Source of the DNA: a bacterium
GTDB lineage: Bacteria > Patescibacteriota > Minisyncoccia > UBA6257 > UBA9933
Reading direction: 5' to 3'
DNA length: 64,000 bases
NCBI GenBank assembly: GCA_021796335.1
Contig: JAJYHZ010000002.1
Span: 192,998-256,997, forward strand
Shown here in pieces: positions 1-10,560 of this stretch. Below the pieces are notes generated by a model that was not told the origin of the DNA, ran no database searches, and saw only the letters and a list, made by a program, of their open reading frames with translations. Both the position numbers and the translations under genes were made by a program. Each line of letters starts with the position of its first letter. Positions within the stretch are counted from its first letter, which is position 1.

Positions 1-128
1 TTTTGCTGGAAATAAAATAGCAAATAAATGTCGATGCGTAAAGAAATTTATAAATTGGACAAAAGTTGATTGTTATTGTATTCTTATTTTAAGAACTTTT
101 ATTTAAAAATATTGGGAGGTGAGAAGAG

Positions 129-563
129 GTGAAAAAATGTATTTTCTTGATAATGGTTGCTTTTGTTTTTTTGTCCTCCTGCGAGTTTGGAACTCCAGAA
201 GGATCACTATGGGTGCGTCCCAATCTTTTTTTGAATTATAATTATTATCCTTCGCGATTTTATCCGTATGTGAAGGTGGTGGTTATAAATGAAAGTCCGT
301 ATAGGGCTGAAATCAGAAAAGACGGCGTTCCCATAGCCGTTCTTAACCGGCCGGTGATAATTCGGCCGGCGGGAACTTTTCCTGTGTGGGCGAGTGTCCC
401 GTACGAAGCGAATGTGCAGTTCGTTATCACCGCAGTTTTCATAGACAGTTACGGAAATGTGATCTCTGTGGAAAGCCGAGAATTTTCTTTCTACGGAAGC
501 CTTAACCAGGAACAATCGATTTCCTGGGAAATAGGATATTCTTTAAGGCCCCGATATTATTAG
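129..563 (+). CDS. Hypothetical lipoprotein (orphan)
   Basis: Lipobox-like LSSC after a hydrophobic N-terminus; GGAGG at 115-119; hairpin terminator 545-570. Confidence 0.65.
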   Translation: MKKCIFLIMVAFVFLSSCEFGTPEGSLWVRPNLFLNYNYYPSRFYPYVKVVVINESPYRAEIRKDGVPIAVLNRPVIIRPAGTFPVWASVPYEANVQFVITAVFIDSYGNVISVESREFSFYGSLNQEQSISWEIGYSLRPRYY

Positions 564-580
564 GGGCCTTTGCCTTTTTT
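545..580 (+). terminator. Intrinsic terminator
   Basis: AAGGCCCC...GGGGCCTT stem followed by T-rich tail. Confidence 0.55.
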
Positions 581-698
581 AAACAGCTAAGGCATGCTAT
601 AATTTTTTGGTTATCCCCGTATGAAACTTTAGCGCATTTTTTATAGGGGATTTTACTAATGGAGCTTTGATCAAAACATTAAAGTTCTGCCACAGGGT

Positions 699-1328
699 AT
701 GTTAGAACATTTTTTGATGAATTTTTCGGAATTTCACAGAATTCTGACTTATTCTTTGATTTTTTTAGGAATGTTCATAGAGGGAGAATTGATTTTGATT
801 TTGGCGGGAATTTTGGTCAGCAGCGGACACATAGATTTTTTTGATACAATTGGAATTGCTTTTGTCGCAGTCAATATTCACGATATTTTGTATTGGCATA
901 TCGGCGGGCGGCTGGCGAACTTAAACAAAAAGAAATTTTTATTTTTCAATCTGGAGAAGGTTGAACCGTGGTTTAATAGGATTAAAAGACGCGAAGGATT
1001 ATATATTTTTGTTTCAAAATTCGCTTGGAATTTAAACAGAATAGTTTTGCTCTCAAGCGGTTATCTTGGAACTAAATTTAAAAAATTCGTTAAATTCAGC
1101 ATTCCCGCCGCTTTTCTCTGGACAGCCACCTTTGTTTCGCTGGGTTATTTATTTTCGGACGAACTGGATATTTTGAAAACAGATTTGAAAAGAGTCGCCA
1201 TTTCCGTGACGATTTTTTTCATCGTAATCATTTTTTTGGAAAATGTTATTCGTAAGATTATACGAAGAAGCGTAATCTTGTATAAAAAGCATTTAAAGGA
1301 GAAGATAATAAGGAAAGGGGATGATTAA
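699..1328 (+). CDS. DedA/VTT family membrane protein
   Basis: FIEGELILILAG, D-x-x-x-Y-x-x-G and multi-TM pattern typical of DedA. Confidence 0.8.
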   Translation: MLEHFLMNFSEFHRILTYSLIFLGMFIEGELILILAGILVSSGHIDFFDTIGIAFVAVNIHDILYWHIGGRLANLNKKKFLFFNLEKVEPWFNRIKRREGLYIFVSKFAWNLNRIVLLSSGYLGTKFKKFVKFSIPAAFLWTATFVSLGYLFSDELDILKTDLKRVAISVTIFFIVIIFLENVIRKIIRRSVILYKKHLKEKIIRKGDD

Positions 1329-1340
1329 GGTTAAAAGTCT

Positions 1341-1415
1341 GCGCGCTTAGCTCAGCTGGTCCAGAGCACCTCGTTTACACCGAGGGGGTCGGGGGTTCGA
1401 ATCCCTCAGCGCGCA
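1341..1415 (+). tRNA. tRNA-Val(UAC)
   Basis: Cloverleaf GCGCGCT/AGCGCGC, anticodon arm CCTCG-TTTACAC-CGAGG, GGTTCGAATCC T arm. Confidence 0.95.
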
Positions 1416-1583
1416 CAATTAGCCCGGAATTTGTTGTAACGGATACCGATGAGGAGGCAAGGGGTTTGGATCTTTTGCGCCCAGTAGTTAACTTTGTTTA
1501 TTGTACAATCATGATGGTTCGAGGGAGGGCCCAGTATGAGTCAGCGCGGTGTTGAGGGGTCGAAATTGTTTAAATTTACGCAG

Positions 1584-2264
1584 ATGCATTACGAAGAAAA
1601 TCCTTTTGAAAGTGAAAAAGTTGCTCTTGAATGGATAAATAGTGTTGAAAATGAAAAAGGAATGTTTCGAGATAACGATATTTATCCAAGGCTAAAAGAG
1701 TGGATTAAAAAACATGATCCTAATTTTGTTGTTGAAATTGGCTCTGGACAAGGAATTTGTTCGTCAAAACTTGGAAATTTTTTCGGAAATTATATAGGCA
1801 TAGAGCCATCAAATAAATTAGTGGAACGCGCCAAAAAATTATATGAAAGTAAAAATATCAAATTTATTATTGGTAATGCATATCAGTTGCCGATTAACAA
1901 CAATGTGGCGGATGCAATTTTCTCAATAAATGTTTGGTTTCATCTGGAAAGCTTAGAAAAAGCAGCTAAAGAACTGTCAAGAATATTAAAAATCGGCGGA
2001 AAATTTTTAATAATTACAGCCAATCCAAACGTTTATAAATCATGGAAAGATTCATTTATAGAATATAAGGAAGAAAATAAAAAAATCATTGGAAAAGTGA
2101 ATATTCCGGTAAACCCACTATCTAAAGTTATTATTATAAAACATTCTTTAAATGAGATAAAAAAATCTTTAGAAGAAGCAGATTTGAAAATAGAAAATAT
2201 TGAATATTTTTCTTTATTAAAGAAAAAGAATATTTTTATTGCCATAGAAGGAGTAAAGTTATAG
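1584..2264 (+). CDS. Class I SAM-dependent methyltransferase
   Basis: VVEIGSGQG motif I and RILKIGG motif; start taken at MHYEE (ORF track starts at 1536). Confidence 0.8.
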   Translation: MHYEENPFESEKVALEWINSVENEKGMFRDNDIYPRLKEWIKKHDPNFVVEIGSGQGICSSKLGNFFGNYIGIEPSNKLVERAKKLYESKNIKFIIGNAYQLPINNNVADAIFSINVWFHLESLEKAAKELSRILKIGGKFLIITANPNVYKSWKDSFIEYKEENKKIIGKVNIPVNPLSKVIIIKHSLNEIKKSLEEADLKIENIEYFSLLKKKNIFIAIEGVKL

Positions 2265-2653
2265 ATTTACTCATGGAAATAGAAAAATAAATTATGGAAA
2301 AACGCCAAAAAGCTTTAGAGGCGGTCTAATTATGCCAATCTTTTCATAGGCGCCGATCTTTTAGAAAAAAACATAACAATGTAGTCAAGAAAAATTATAA
2401 ATTTGAGTCCGGAAAAACAGATGCGGAACCATCCCGCCTGGCACCAGGCGAGATTCTTTTCAAATTTCCTGAAATAATTCCAACATCGAACCATAAGTTC
2501 GGCTAAGATCAGTAGGTATCAAACAACTAAAGTGCATAATTTATTTTAAATGGAATTCAATAATTTACAGATTTTATAAATCTTTCGTTGGGACGAAATA
2601 AGGCTGGTTCCGTTTAAATACGCGAGTTTAGTTATAAATTCCGCATTTGCCAA

Positions 2654-3892
2654 TTATTCATACCTTAGCGCTTCAATGGGGGATTTTTGAGCGGCCTGGC
2701 GGGCCGGGTAAAGTCCGAAAATCAAACCGATTATCCCGGAAACTAAAATTCCGATAACGGCTCCTGTTATCGGAAAACCGAAGACCCAGTCAACGGCAAG
2801 AAACTTGCTTAAAATTACCGAAATTAAAAACGAAAATCCCGTTCCCAATATTACGCCGATGATTCCGCCGATGCCGGTCAATAAAACGGACTCCAAAAGA
2901 AACTGGAATAAAATATTTTTTCCGGTGGCGCCAAGCGATTTGCGCAAGCCGATTTCGCGGGTGCGTTCGGTGACGGAAACAAGCATGATGTTCATAATTC
3001 CGATTCCGCCGACAACAAGGGAAATGGCGGCGACGGCCGTCAGGAAAAGGGTCAAAATGGTTGTGATTAAGCTTAGCCGTGAAGCGAGATCGGCCTGGGT
3101 TTCGATGCTGAAATCATCTTTGGAAGGATCGGTAATATTATGCGAATTTCTTAATGTGGTTGTAATATCGTCAACAGTGCGGTTGATGTCATTTTCCGAA
3201 TCCGCAGTTACGATAATGCGGTTGAAATAATTTATGCCGAACAAATAATTTTGGGCGGTGGTATAAGGAACGATTACGCTGTCGTCAAAATTAAAAAACG
3301 ATACCTGCCCTTTGGACGGCAGAACGCCGATGATTCTGAAATTCCTATTCTTGATTTTTATCGTTTCGCCCATCGGGTTGGAAGCGCCGAATAAGTTATC
3401 CTTGACTTTTGATCCGATGACCGCGACTTCGGAGTGGCTTTTTACGTCATCGTCGGTGAAAAAATTCCCCTGGCTGGGGTAAATGTCGAAAAACTGGGAA
3501 ATCAAATCGGTTGCTCCGAAAACTGTCGGCTGATCGGTATTACCCTGGTAATAAAGCGTTTCGGCGCCGATTACAACCGGCATGATTTGGCCGAGAGTGG
3601 GGACGTTATTTTTTTGCTGAAGAGCCGCAAGATCTTTTTCTTTAAGAGAATTGCTTAGTGTTTGGGCAAAATCGGACGGGGTTTTCGCCTGGCGGCCGGG
3701 AATTATGACGATTGTTTTCGAGCCCATTCCCTGGATTTGACTAAGGATTAAATCTTGGGCGCCCTGCCCGATGGACATAATCATGATAATGGAGGTAATG
3801 CCGATAACAATGCCGAGAACGGTTAAGGCGGATCGGGATTTATTTGTTTTTAATCCGGTAAAGGCGGTTTTAAAAGCGTGCTTTAGGGTCAT
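2654..3892 (-). CDS. MacB/FtsX-like ABC transporter permease
   Basis: RSALTVLGIVIG, GGIGIMNIMLVSVTERTREIGLRK, PIEALRYE. Confidence 0.92.
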   Translation of the reverse strand: MTLKHAFKTAFTGLKTNKSRSALTVLGIVIGITSIIMIMSIGQGAQDLILSQIQGMGSKTIVIIPGRQAKTPSDFAQTLSNSLKEKDLAALQQKNNVPTLGQIMPVVIGAETLYYQGNTDQPTVFGATDLISQFFDIYPSQGNFFTDDDVKSHSEVAVIGSKVKDNLFGASNPMGETIKIKNRNFRIIGVLPSKGQVSFFNFDDSVIVPYTTAQNYLFGINYFNRIIVTADSENDINRTVDDITTTLRNSHNITDPSKDDFSIETQADLASRLSLITTILTLFLTAVAAISLVVGGIGIMNIMLVSVTERTREIGLRKSLGATGKNILFQFLLESVLLTGIGGIIGVILGTGFSFLISVILSKFLAVDWVFGFPITGAVIGILVSGIIGLIFGLYPARQAAQKSPIEALRYE

Positions 3893-3955
3893 TTTGGAAT
3901 TTCTAATTACTCCAATGATTAATGATGATTCATTTTTTAGAATAATTAGGTTAAT

Positions 3956-4678
3956 TTATTTGAGCAGCTCCATGTCATTGGCTTTGCGGCGGTTTTTGAC
4001 GATGGAATCGCTTTCGATTTTACCGTCGAAGATTTTAATTATCCGTTGGGCATGCTCGGCGGTATGAGTTTCGTGGGTGATTAAAACTATAGTGCGACCT
4101 TGCTCTTCATTTAATTTTTGGAGAGTTTCCATGACTAAATGGCCCGACTGGGAATCCAAATTTCCGGTTGGTTCGTCGGCAAAGATAACTTCCGGATTAG
4201 TAATCAAGGCGCGGGCGATCGCGGTACGCTGCTGTTCGCCGCCGGAAAGGCGCGAAGGTTCGTGATTAACCCGGTGCGTCAATCCGACTTGTTCAATCGC
4301 TTTTTGCGCCAGCGTATTCCATTCGTTTTCCTTAATTTTAGAATACAGCAAGGGGAGTTTGACGTTTTCAGCCACGGTAGTGCGGGGGAGAAGGTTGAAA
4401 GCTTGAAAAATAAATCCCATTTTTTCATTCCGGATTCGGGCGATTTCGTCGTCGGAATAAGAATCGCTGATCTTGTCCTCAAAAAAATATTTTCCGGAAG
4501 TCGGCTTGTCTAAAAATCCCAAAATCTGGAGAAGGGTCGATTTGCCCGAACCGGACGGACCCATGATTGCGACGAATTCTCCTTTGTCGATCGAAAAAGA
4601 AACGCCGCGAAGCGCGTGAACTTCTCCTTCGCCGTACAGATAAGATTTGGCGATATTTTCGAGTTTGATGAAAGACAC
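3956..4678 (-). CDS. MacB/LolD-type ABC transporter ATP-binding protein
   Basis: Walker [26 protein letters not shown]. Confidence 0.95.
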   Translation of the reverse strand: MSFIKLENIAKSYLYGEGEVHALRGVSFSIDKGEFVAIMGPSGSGKSTLLQILGFLDKPTSGKYFFEDKISDSYSDDEIARIRNEKMGFIFQAFNLLPRTTVAENVKLPLLYSKIKENEWNTLAQKAIEQVGLTHRVNHEPSRLSGGEQQRTAIARALITNPEVIFADEPTGNLDSQSGHLVMETLQKLNEEQGRTIVLITHETHTAEHAQRIIKIFDGKIESDSIVKNRRKANDMELLK

Positions 4679-4727
4679 TTTTAAATTAAATTTCTAATAA
4701 CTATAGATTAAAACTAATCGTCATTCA

Positions 4728-6281
4728 CTATTGAGGAATGATCACTTTATCTCCCTCGTTTACTCCGCTAAGTATTTCTATATTTCCATCCGTGCTGCGC
4801 AATCCGGTTTTTACCTGAACGGTGCGGAATGATTTTCCATCCACGTTTAAAATTTCAACAGTTTTTTCTCCAGAATCGGAGATAACGGCCCGTTGCGGAA
4901 TTATTATCGCGTTTTTATGTTCGGCGGTTTTTATGTCGATGTTGGCGGTCATGCCGGATTTTATTTTATCCTCGTTATTTAGGAATTGCAGAGTGGTTTT
5001 ATAAGTCGTGACGCCTTCAACAATCGTTTCGGCGGGATCGATAGAAACAACCTTCGCCTTAAATATAACATTACTGCCGTAAGCATCCAGAGTAACGTCG
5101 GCAGGTTCGCCGACGGAAACCGCGGCGATATCGGTTTCGGGAATATCGGCATCGATTTCAAATTTAGAATCTGAGATCAGCGAAATAACGGGAGCACTGA
5201 GAGAAGAAATCTCGCCGATCTTCGAATTGACCTGAGTGACCAACCCGTCGAAAGGCGCGCGGATGTACGTGTTTTCAATCTGCGCTTCGTAATTATCTAT
5301 GTCGGCCTGAGCTTGCCTGACCAGAGCTTCTTGAGCGGCTATGTCTTGAGGAGTGCTGCCAGCTTTGTCCAAATCCAATTCATTTTGAGCGGTTTGGACT
5401 GCAAGTTTTTGGGCGGAAATCGATTGCGCCTGGTTATTCACTTCCGAAGCTGCGGCGTTAACATTGGTTAACCCCGTATTAACGGCGGTTTTGTAGCCGG
5501 ATAAATTCGTCGGCGATAATCCGATGGAATCGTTTAGAGCGACCAGAGCATCATTTAAAAAATCCCTGATATTCGAAAGGCTTTTTTCGGAATCAGCTAT
5601 AGCCGAATCAATATCGGCGGGTGAACTATTATTTTGGAGATTGGCAACTTCAGTCTGCCAAGCGTCGAATTTGGAATTAATGGTAATAAGGCTATTGATG
5701 ACGTTATTTGCGGGTTGCTGATCTTTTGTTGAAAAGGTCAGCTGAGGATTGAGCGTGCTGCCGTTTATAAAAATACCCGCAGTTTGGTTTCTGAGTGCAT
5801 CATTAGCCTTAGAAAATGCATCATTTAAGATATTGGGCGTGCCTGAATAGTAATTATTTAGAGCTTGTTGAGCTTGCGCTAGCTGGGATTCCTTTATTTG
5901 AATCTCTTCGGGACGCGTTCCCGCTTTTAATTGGTCCAGTTTGGCTTGTTGATTTTCAAGGGTGGCTTGGGCTTGTTCAAGCTGGGCTTTCAGGTCGTTG
6001 TTGTCGAGATTGGCCAGGATTTCACCGGCGGAAACGTGGTCTCCCACCGCAATCGCAATGCCGTTTATTCTGCCGACTTTAGCAAATCCCAAATCGGCGT
6101 TTTGAACCGGGCTGACATTTCCAGTCGCGCTAACCTCCTGGACAATATCGCCTTTATAGGCGGCTGCCGTCTGGAACGAAGAATTATTTTTTGAAGAGAA
6201 AGAAAGATAAGCGACGATTGCGACAATTACGACAACGCCGCTTATAAAAAACTTATTTTTGACGATATTCATAAATTTCAT
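4728..6281 (-). CDS. HlyD/MacA-family periplasmic adaptor subunit
   Basis: N-terminal TM, lipoyl half-motifs, long coiled coil, IRAPFDG, GMTANI. Confidence 0.88.
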   Translation of the reverse strand: MKFMNIVKNKFFISGVVVIVAIVAYLSFSSKNNSSFQTAAAYKGDIVQEVSATGNVSPVQNADLGFAKVGRINGIAIAVGDHVSAGEILANLDNNDLKAQLEQAQATLENQQAKLDQLKAGTRPEEIQIKESQLAQAQQALNNYYSGTPNILNDAFSKANDALRNQTAGIFINGSTLNPQLTFSTKDQQPANNVINSLITINSKFDAWQTEVANLQNNSSPADIDSAIADSEKSLSNIRDFLNDALVALNDSIGLSPTNLSGYKTAVNTGLTNVNAAASEVNNQAQSISAQKLAVQTAQNELDLDKAGSTPQDIAAQEALVRQAQADIDNYEAQIENTYIRAPFDGLVTQVNSKIGEISSLSAPVISLISDSKFEIDADIPETDIAAVSVGEPADVTLDAYGSNVIFKAKVVSIDPAETIVEGVTTYKTTLQFLNNEDKIKSGMTANIDIKTAEHKNAIIIPQRAVISDSGEKTVEILNVDGKSFRTVQVKTGLRSTDGNIEILSGVNEGDKVIIPQ

Positions 6282-6407
6282 TTAATTTTAGCATACTTAT
6301 TATTCTTTCCCAATTCTACGGAATTTTCAATTAACAAAAAATGACTAAAATGTAAAATTTTGTTATAATTTAAAAAAGGTCGGGAAAGATTAGACTTCTT
6401 TATATTT

Positions 6408-6608
6408 ATGAGAAATTTAAACGCACTTGATTGGATTGCACTCATTCTCCTTACTATTGGCGGACTTGCATGGGGAGTAATTGGCGTGTTTAATTACGAC
6501 TTTGTAACTGGAGCTCTTGGCAGTGTTATTGCCCAAATCGTTTTTATCCTTGTCGGAATTTCGGCTATTTACGAAATTTTTGTAGTCGGCAGTTTGGGCA
6601 AGAAATAA
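6408..6608 (+). CDS. DUF378 family small membrane protein
   Basis: LDWIALILLTIGGLAWG...ILVGISAIY pattern. Confidence 0.8.
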   Translation: MRNLNALDWIALILLTIGGLAWGVIGVFNYDFVTGALGSVIAQIVFILVGISAIYEIFVVGSLGKK

Positions 6609-6682
6609 TTTCGGAGCGGCGGTTTGAAAAATAATTGGGCGCGATAAGCCCGAAGTTTATGTTTCTTTTATAAAATTCATTG

Positions 6683-7132
6683 ATGCAAAAAAGATTATTA
6701 ATCCCCGCGATTATCATCATAATAATGGTAATCACGGGGATGATAGTCTATAATTTTTTTAAAAAAATAATAATTCCTCCGGATCAGGTTCCCGCAAATC
6801 AACCTTACCAAAATTATAATTATCCCGATAGGGTTTCTTCGTCCTCCGATTCCTTGGGGAAGCCCATTATTATTTACAATGGGAACAGTTTTTCTCCAAA
6901 CATATTAAAAATCAAAACAGGGACCGAAGTAGTTTTTAAAAACAACAGTTTGCACCCGATCTCATTGGGCGGAGACGCAAAATTCAAGGATAACTGTTAT
7001 TCAGGATTCGAAACAAAAAATAAGCTGATGCAAGGACAAACCTTTTCTTTCATTTTTCAAAAAACCGGAACCTGGATTTATTCGCAAACTTTAAATCCGG
7101 AAGAAAAAGGAGTTATTTTGGCCGTAAAATAA
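6683..7132 (+). CDS. Membrane-anchored cupredoxin-like protein (copper ligands apparently lost)
   Basis: FSPNILKIKTGTEVVFKN...FSFIFQKTGTWIY. Confidence 0.6.
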   Translation: MQKRLLIPAIIIIIMVITGMIVYNFFKKIIIPPDQVPANQPYQNYNYPDRVSSSSDSLGKPIIIYNGNSFSPNILKIKTGTEVVFKNNSLHPISLGGDAKFKDNCYSGFETKNKLMQGQTFSFIFQKTGTWIYSQTLNPEEKGVILAVK

Positions 7133-7234
7133 TTATAGATTATAAAATAAAATAAAAGGCAATCTTTGATTCGTGGAATTTTGGCAGATTGGCGGTTAAA
7201 ATAATAATTATTTTGTAAATTACAGATATTGATT

Positions 7235-7714
7235 ATGACGAGAATTAAAAAAGCGACAATTTTGGGATTGGTTTTTATCGCCGCCGCGTTCATAACGATG
7301 TGGATCTTGGTCGCCCATCCGAAATTTTTATTTGCAAAAAAGGAAGCGGCAAATTCCATCTATTTCCCCGACAGCAATCTTGAGGTAAACCTTGAATACG
7401 CGACAACGCCGTATGAATGGACAAAAGGACTGATGTTCCGCACGAGTATGCCGGAAAATTCAGGCATGCTTTTTATTTTTCCGGACGAACAAATTAGGAC
7501 ATTTTGGATGAAGGATACTTTGATTCCGCTTGACATAATATTTATTTCCAAAGACAAAAAGATCGTGGATATAAAAGAAAATTTTCAGCCATGCACTTCA
7601 GGCGTCAGTTGCGGAACTTACGAGTCGAAATTTCCGGCAATGTACGTTTTGGAGGCGAACGCCGGCATTGTTGCCAAATATAATTTGAAAACAGGAGATT
7701 CGGCGGAATTTTAA
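7235..7714 (+). CDS. DUF192 family protein
   Basis: GLMFR, GMLFIF, FWMKDTLIPLDIIFI, YVLEANAG. Confidence 0.9.
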   Translation: MTRIKKATILGLVFIAAAFITMWILVAHPKFLFAKKEAANSIYFPDSNLEVNLEYATTPYEWTKGLMFRTSMPENSGMLFIFPDEQIRTFWMKDTLIPLDIIFISKDKKIVDIKENFQPCTSGVSCGTYESKFPAMYVLEANAGIVAKYNLKTGDSAEF

Positions 7715-7740
7715 AAATTTTAGAAAATAAGGAGGAAGCT

Positions 7741-8091
7741 GTGGATTCTATTGATAATAGAAAGATCGGATTTGCAATAAAGCAGTTAAGAAAAAATCTT
7801 GGAATGTCGCAAATGCAGCTTGCCGGAAAAATGGGAATTTCGTATCAGCAGGTTCAGAAATACGAGAAAGGAATCAATGAGCTGGGCATGTCGAGGCTAA
7901 GGCAAGTTGCAAAAGCTTTGGGCGTGCCGGCAAGCATCTTTTTCGACGAGGTAATCGCGATAGACATGCAAAAAAATGGATTAACCCGGGAAGAAGAAAA
8001 AATACTGGCGCTTTTTAAAAAAATATCGAATAGAAAAGCAAGGGATTATTTTGTAGGCCTTTTAAAAATAATTGCAAAACTGGCGAAATGA
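7741..8091 (+). CDS. XRE-family HTH transcriptional regulator
   Basis: GMSQMQLAGKMGISYQQVQKYEKG; GGAGG RBS; hairpin terminator 8102-8124. Confidence 0.88.
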   Translation: MDSIDNRKIGFAIKQLRKNLGMSQMQLAGKMGISYQQVQKYEKGINELGMSRLRQVAKALGVPASIFFDEVIAIDMQKNGLTREEEKILALFKKISNRKARDYFVGLLKIIAKLAK

Positions 8092-8154
8092 ACTTTTATC
8101 TGGGGCGCGCATGCGCCTCTTTTTATTTTCAATAAAAACTTATAAAATTCGAGC

Positions 8155-8790
8155 ATGGAAATCCTAGATATCTTGAAAAAAGTGGGCGCAATAATGACCG
8201 ACGACCATTTTGTTTACACGTCGGGGAAGCACGGCAGCGTTTATGTGAATAAAGACGCTCTTTATCTGCATATAAACGAGGCTTCGGAAGTAGGGCGATT
8301 ATTCGCGGAAAAGTACAAAGACCTGGATATTGAAGTCGTGGTGGCGCCGGCTTTGGGAGGAATAGTCCTTTCCCAATGGACCGCCTACCATCTTTCAAAA
8401 ATGAAATATAAAAAAATACTTGGTGTTTATACGGAAAAAGATTCCGAAGGAAATCAGATTTTAACAAGGGGGTATGATAAGTTGGTTGCCGGAAAAAAAG
8501 TTTTGATTGTGGAAGATATTACTAATACGGGCGGATCAGTCAAAAAAGTAATGAATAGCGTGCGGGCGGTTAACGCAGATGTTGTTGCGGTTTGCACAAT
8601 GATCAATAGAAATCCTGAAGAAGTAACCTCGGGAACGATGGGGGCGCCATTTTCTTCCCTGGGAATTTTCAAGGCGGAAGCTTTTGAAGAATCCGATTGC
8701 CCGTTGTGCAAACAGAATATTCCAATCAATACGTCGGTTGGACACGGGAAAAAATATTTAGCGAAAAAACAAAATGCCGGTGATCGATAA
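8155..8790 (+). CDS. pyrE: Orotate phosphoribosyltransferase
   Basis: HFVYTSGKH, VLIVEDITNTGGS PRPP motif; adjacent to pyrF. Confidence 0.85.
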   Translation: MEILDILKKVGAIMTDDHFVYTSGKHGSVYVNKDALYLHINEASEVGRLFAEKYKDLDIEVVVAPALGGIVLSQWTAYHLSKMKYKKILGVYTEKDSEGNQILTRGYDKLVAGKKVLIVEDITNTGGSVKKVMNSVRAVNADVVAVCTMINRNPEEVTSGTMGAPFSSLGIFKAEAFEESDCPLCKQNIPINTSVGHGKKYLAKKQNAGDR

Positions 8791-9574
8791 ATATAATAGA
8801 AGAGTTGAAAAAATAAATTCGCTTTTATGCGTGGGATTGGACAGCGATTTTGAAAAATTGCCGGAAGAATTCAAGAAGCTGGAAAATCCGCAATTTGAAT
8901 TTAATAAAAAAATAATTGAAGAAACAAATGAATTTGCCGCGTCATTCAAGCTGAATATCGCTTTTTACGAAGGCAGGGGACAAAAAGGAATCGAAGAATT
9001 GAAAATGACAATGGATTATTTTCGAAGCAATTTCCCGGATATATTTTTAATATGTGATTCTAAACGAGGCGATATCGGCAACACCAACCGCGGATATATT
9101 TCTTTTATTTTGGACTGGCTGGGTTTCGATGCTATGACCGTGTCGCCTTATCTGGGGGGAGAATCACTTCAGCCATTTTTTGAAAGAGAAGACAAAGGAA
9201 TAATTATTTTGGCAAAAACTTCCAATCCGGGATCCGGAGAATTCCAGGATTTGGAAATAAACGGAAGGCCTATTTGGAAAATTGTGGCGGAAAAAGCGGC
9301 TAATGAGTGGAATAAAAAAGAAAATTTATTATTGGTAGCCGGAGCGACTTATCCGGAGCAAATGGCGGAAATCAGGAAGATAACGGGCGAAATGACGTTT
9401 CTGGTGCCAGGTATCGGGGCGCAAGGCGGAGACGTGGAAGCAACTGTAAAGGCGGGAATAAACGACGGCAAGAAAGGACTTATCATAAATTCTTCGCGAG
9501 GAATTATTTTTTCTTCAAATCCCAGAGAGGAAGCGAAGAAACTGCGGGCTGAGGTAAATAAGTTCAGGATATAA
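8774..9574 (+). CDS. pyrF: Orotidine 5'-phosphate decarboxylase
   Basis: LCVGLD, DSKRGDIGNT, LVPGIGAQGG, NSSRGI. Confidence 0.93.
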   Translation: MPVIDKYNRRVEKINSLLCVGLDSDFEKLPEEFKKLENPQFEFNKKIIEETNEFAASFKLNIAFYEGRGQKGIEELKMTMDYFRSNFPDIFLICDSKRGDIGNTNRGYISFILDWLGFDAMTVSPYLGGESLQPFFEREDKGIIILAKTSNPGSGEFQDLEINGRPIWKIVAEKAANEWNKKENLLLVAGATYPEQMAEIRKITGEMTFLVPGIGAQGGDVEATVKAGINDGKKGLIINSSRGIIFSSNPREEAKKLRAEVNKFRI

Positions 9575-9614
9575 TATTATAGGGTTAGATCTTTAATTTG
9601 TTTAACTATTTTGT

Positions 9615-9660
9615 TGTGGATAACCAATCAAATTTTGAGCGATCGCTCAAAATTTGATTG
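9615..9660. repeat. Solo CGATCG-centred palindrome type A (36 bp perfect, 9625-9660) plus DnaA-box sequence TGTGGATAA (9615-9623)
   Basis: CAATCAAATTTTGAGCGA|TCGCTCAAAATTTGATTG; exact inverted copy of 27184-27229. Confidence 0.95.
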
Positions 9661-9765
9661 TGATTTTTCTTATCTCCTTGTTTTTCATATAATGGGGCGC
9701 AACTTGACGAGTGGTTTGAGTTTGTTAATCTTTGTTTAGATTTTTCCAAAAGGAGGGCTTATTAG

Positions 9766-10062
9766 ATGAAAGAACCGATATTAAAGAAAGCAATATTAAT
9801 CATCACCGATAGCGAGGATAAGGCGGAGGCCTTATGCGAAAAAGCTTTTTTGAAAATGCCTGACGGCCAATACGAAGAAACTTTGCTGGATGTCCGGGTT
9901 ATAAAAACAGCGGAAGAAGCGCGTTCGCTGGTAAATAACTATAGCCATCCTGAATATCCATTAATTGAGCTTAAGGAGGTAAATCTTGATTCAAGCCATA
10001 GCAGTTATCACAGGATCGCTATGGCCCTTTCGAGATTCGGGGATAAGGATTTGGGTGTGTAG
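9766..10062 (+). CDS. Hypothetical protein (orphan)
   Basis: AGGAGG RBS, upstream TTGACG promoter-like box, terminator hairpin 10084-10111. Confidence 0.6.
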   Translation: MKEPILKKAILIITDSEDKAEALCEKAFLKMPDGQYEETLLDVRVIKTAEEARSLVNNYSHPEYPLIELKEVNLDSSHSSYHRIAMALSRFGDKDLGV

Positions 10063-10131
10063 AGTTAGTTTTGCGAATACAATAAAGGGCGAAAGGAGGA
10101 TCGCCCTTTTTATTTTACTTCCAATTATTTT

Positions 10132-10167
10132 AGTATACACTTTTTTCGATCGTTGAAATTGTATACT
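10132..10167. repeat. Degenerate CGATCG-centred palindrome (type C)
   Basis: AGTATACACTTTTTTCGA|TCGTTGAAATTGTATACT, 4 mismatches; outer arms match 60066-60099. Confidence 0.7.
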
Positions 10168-10298
10168 GAAGCAATTAACAAAATTATTGACAAATGTCGT
10201 AATATCAGCATAATATTTGTCAGTATCATTTCGAAATAAAGAAGCCATTGGCTTCTAAATAAGATAGAATAAAATCGCGATACAAAAGGAGGATTGCA

Positions 10299-10520
10299 AT
10301 GTTTGAGTTTAGTACCGTTGTTGAGAAAATGGGTTATCTTGGCGGTTTCTTCTTTATATCATTGTTGGGTTTTTTGGCCGGCGCAATTGGCCATTTTCTC
10401 AACAAAGCGGAGAAAAAGGTAAAAGACGGCTGGAGAGGTTCGATTGAACCTCTACCACCTTTTTTATTGAAAAAAAATAAAAATTTTGGCAGGATACAAG
10501 CAATAGTTAATGGTGATTAG
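10299..10520 (+). CDS. Small membrane protein (orphan)
   Basis: AGGAGG RBS, single TM segment, TTGACA at 10187. Confidence 0.5.
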   Translation: MFEFSTVVEKMGYLGGFFFISLLGFLAGAIGHFLNKAEKKVKDGWRGSIEPLPPFLLKKNKNFGRIQAIVNGD

Positions 10521-10560
10521 TTTTTAGTAATTAGAGAATTAAATAATTAAAAATAAAAAA

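Noticed and set aside
1420-1583. GC-richer stretch after tRNA-Val as an ncRNA or att site
   Set aside because: No repeat of the tRNA 3' end, integrase or convincing structure was found.
2272-2640. Possible gene between the methyltransferase and the permease
   Set aside because: Only short broken reading frames with no recognisable motif. Possibly a decayed gene, but not supportable.
9639-9646. Cyanobacterial HIP1 (GCGATCGC) as the explanation for the palindrome core
   Set aside because: The octamer is not abundant in coding DNA here, and type B palindromes have ACGATCGT instead.
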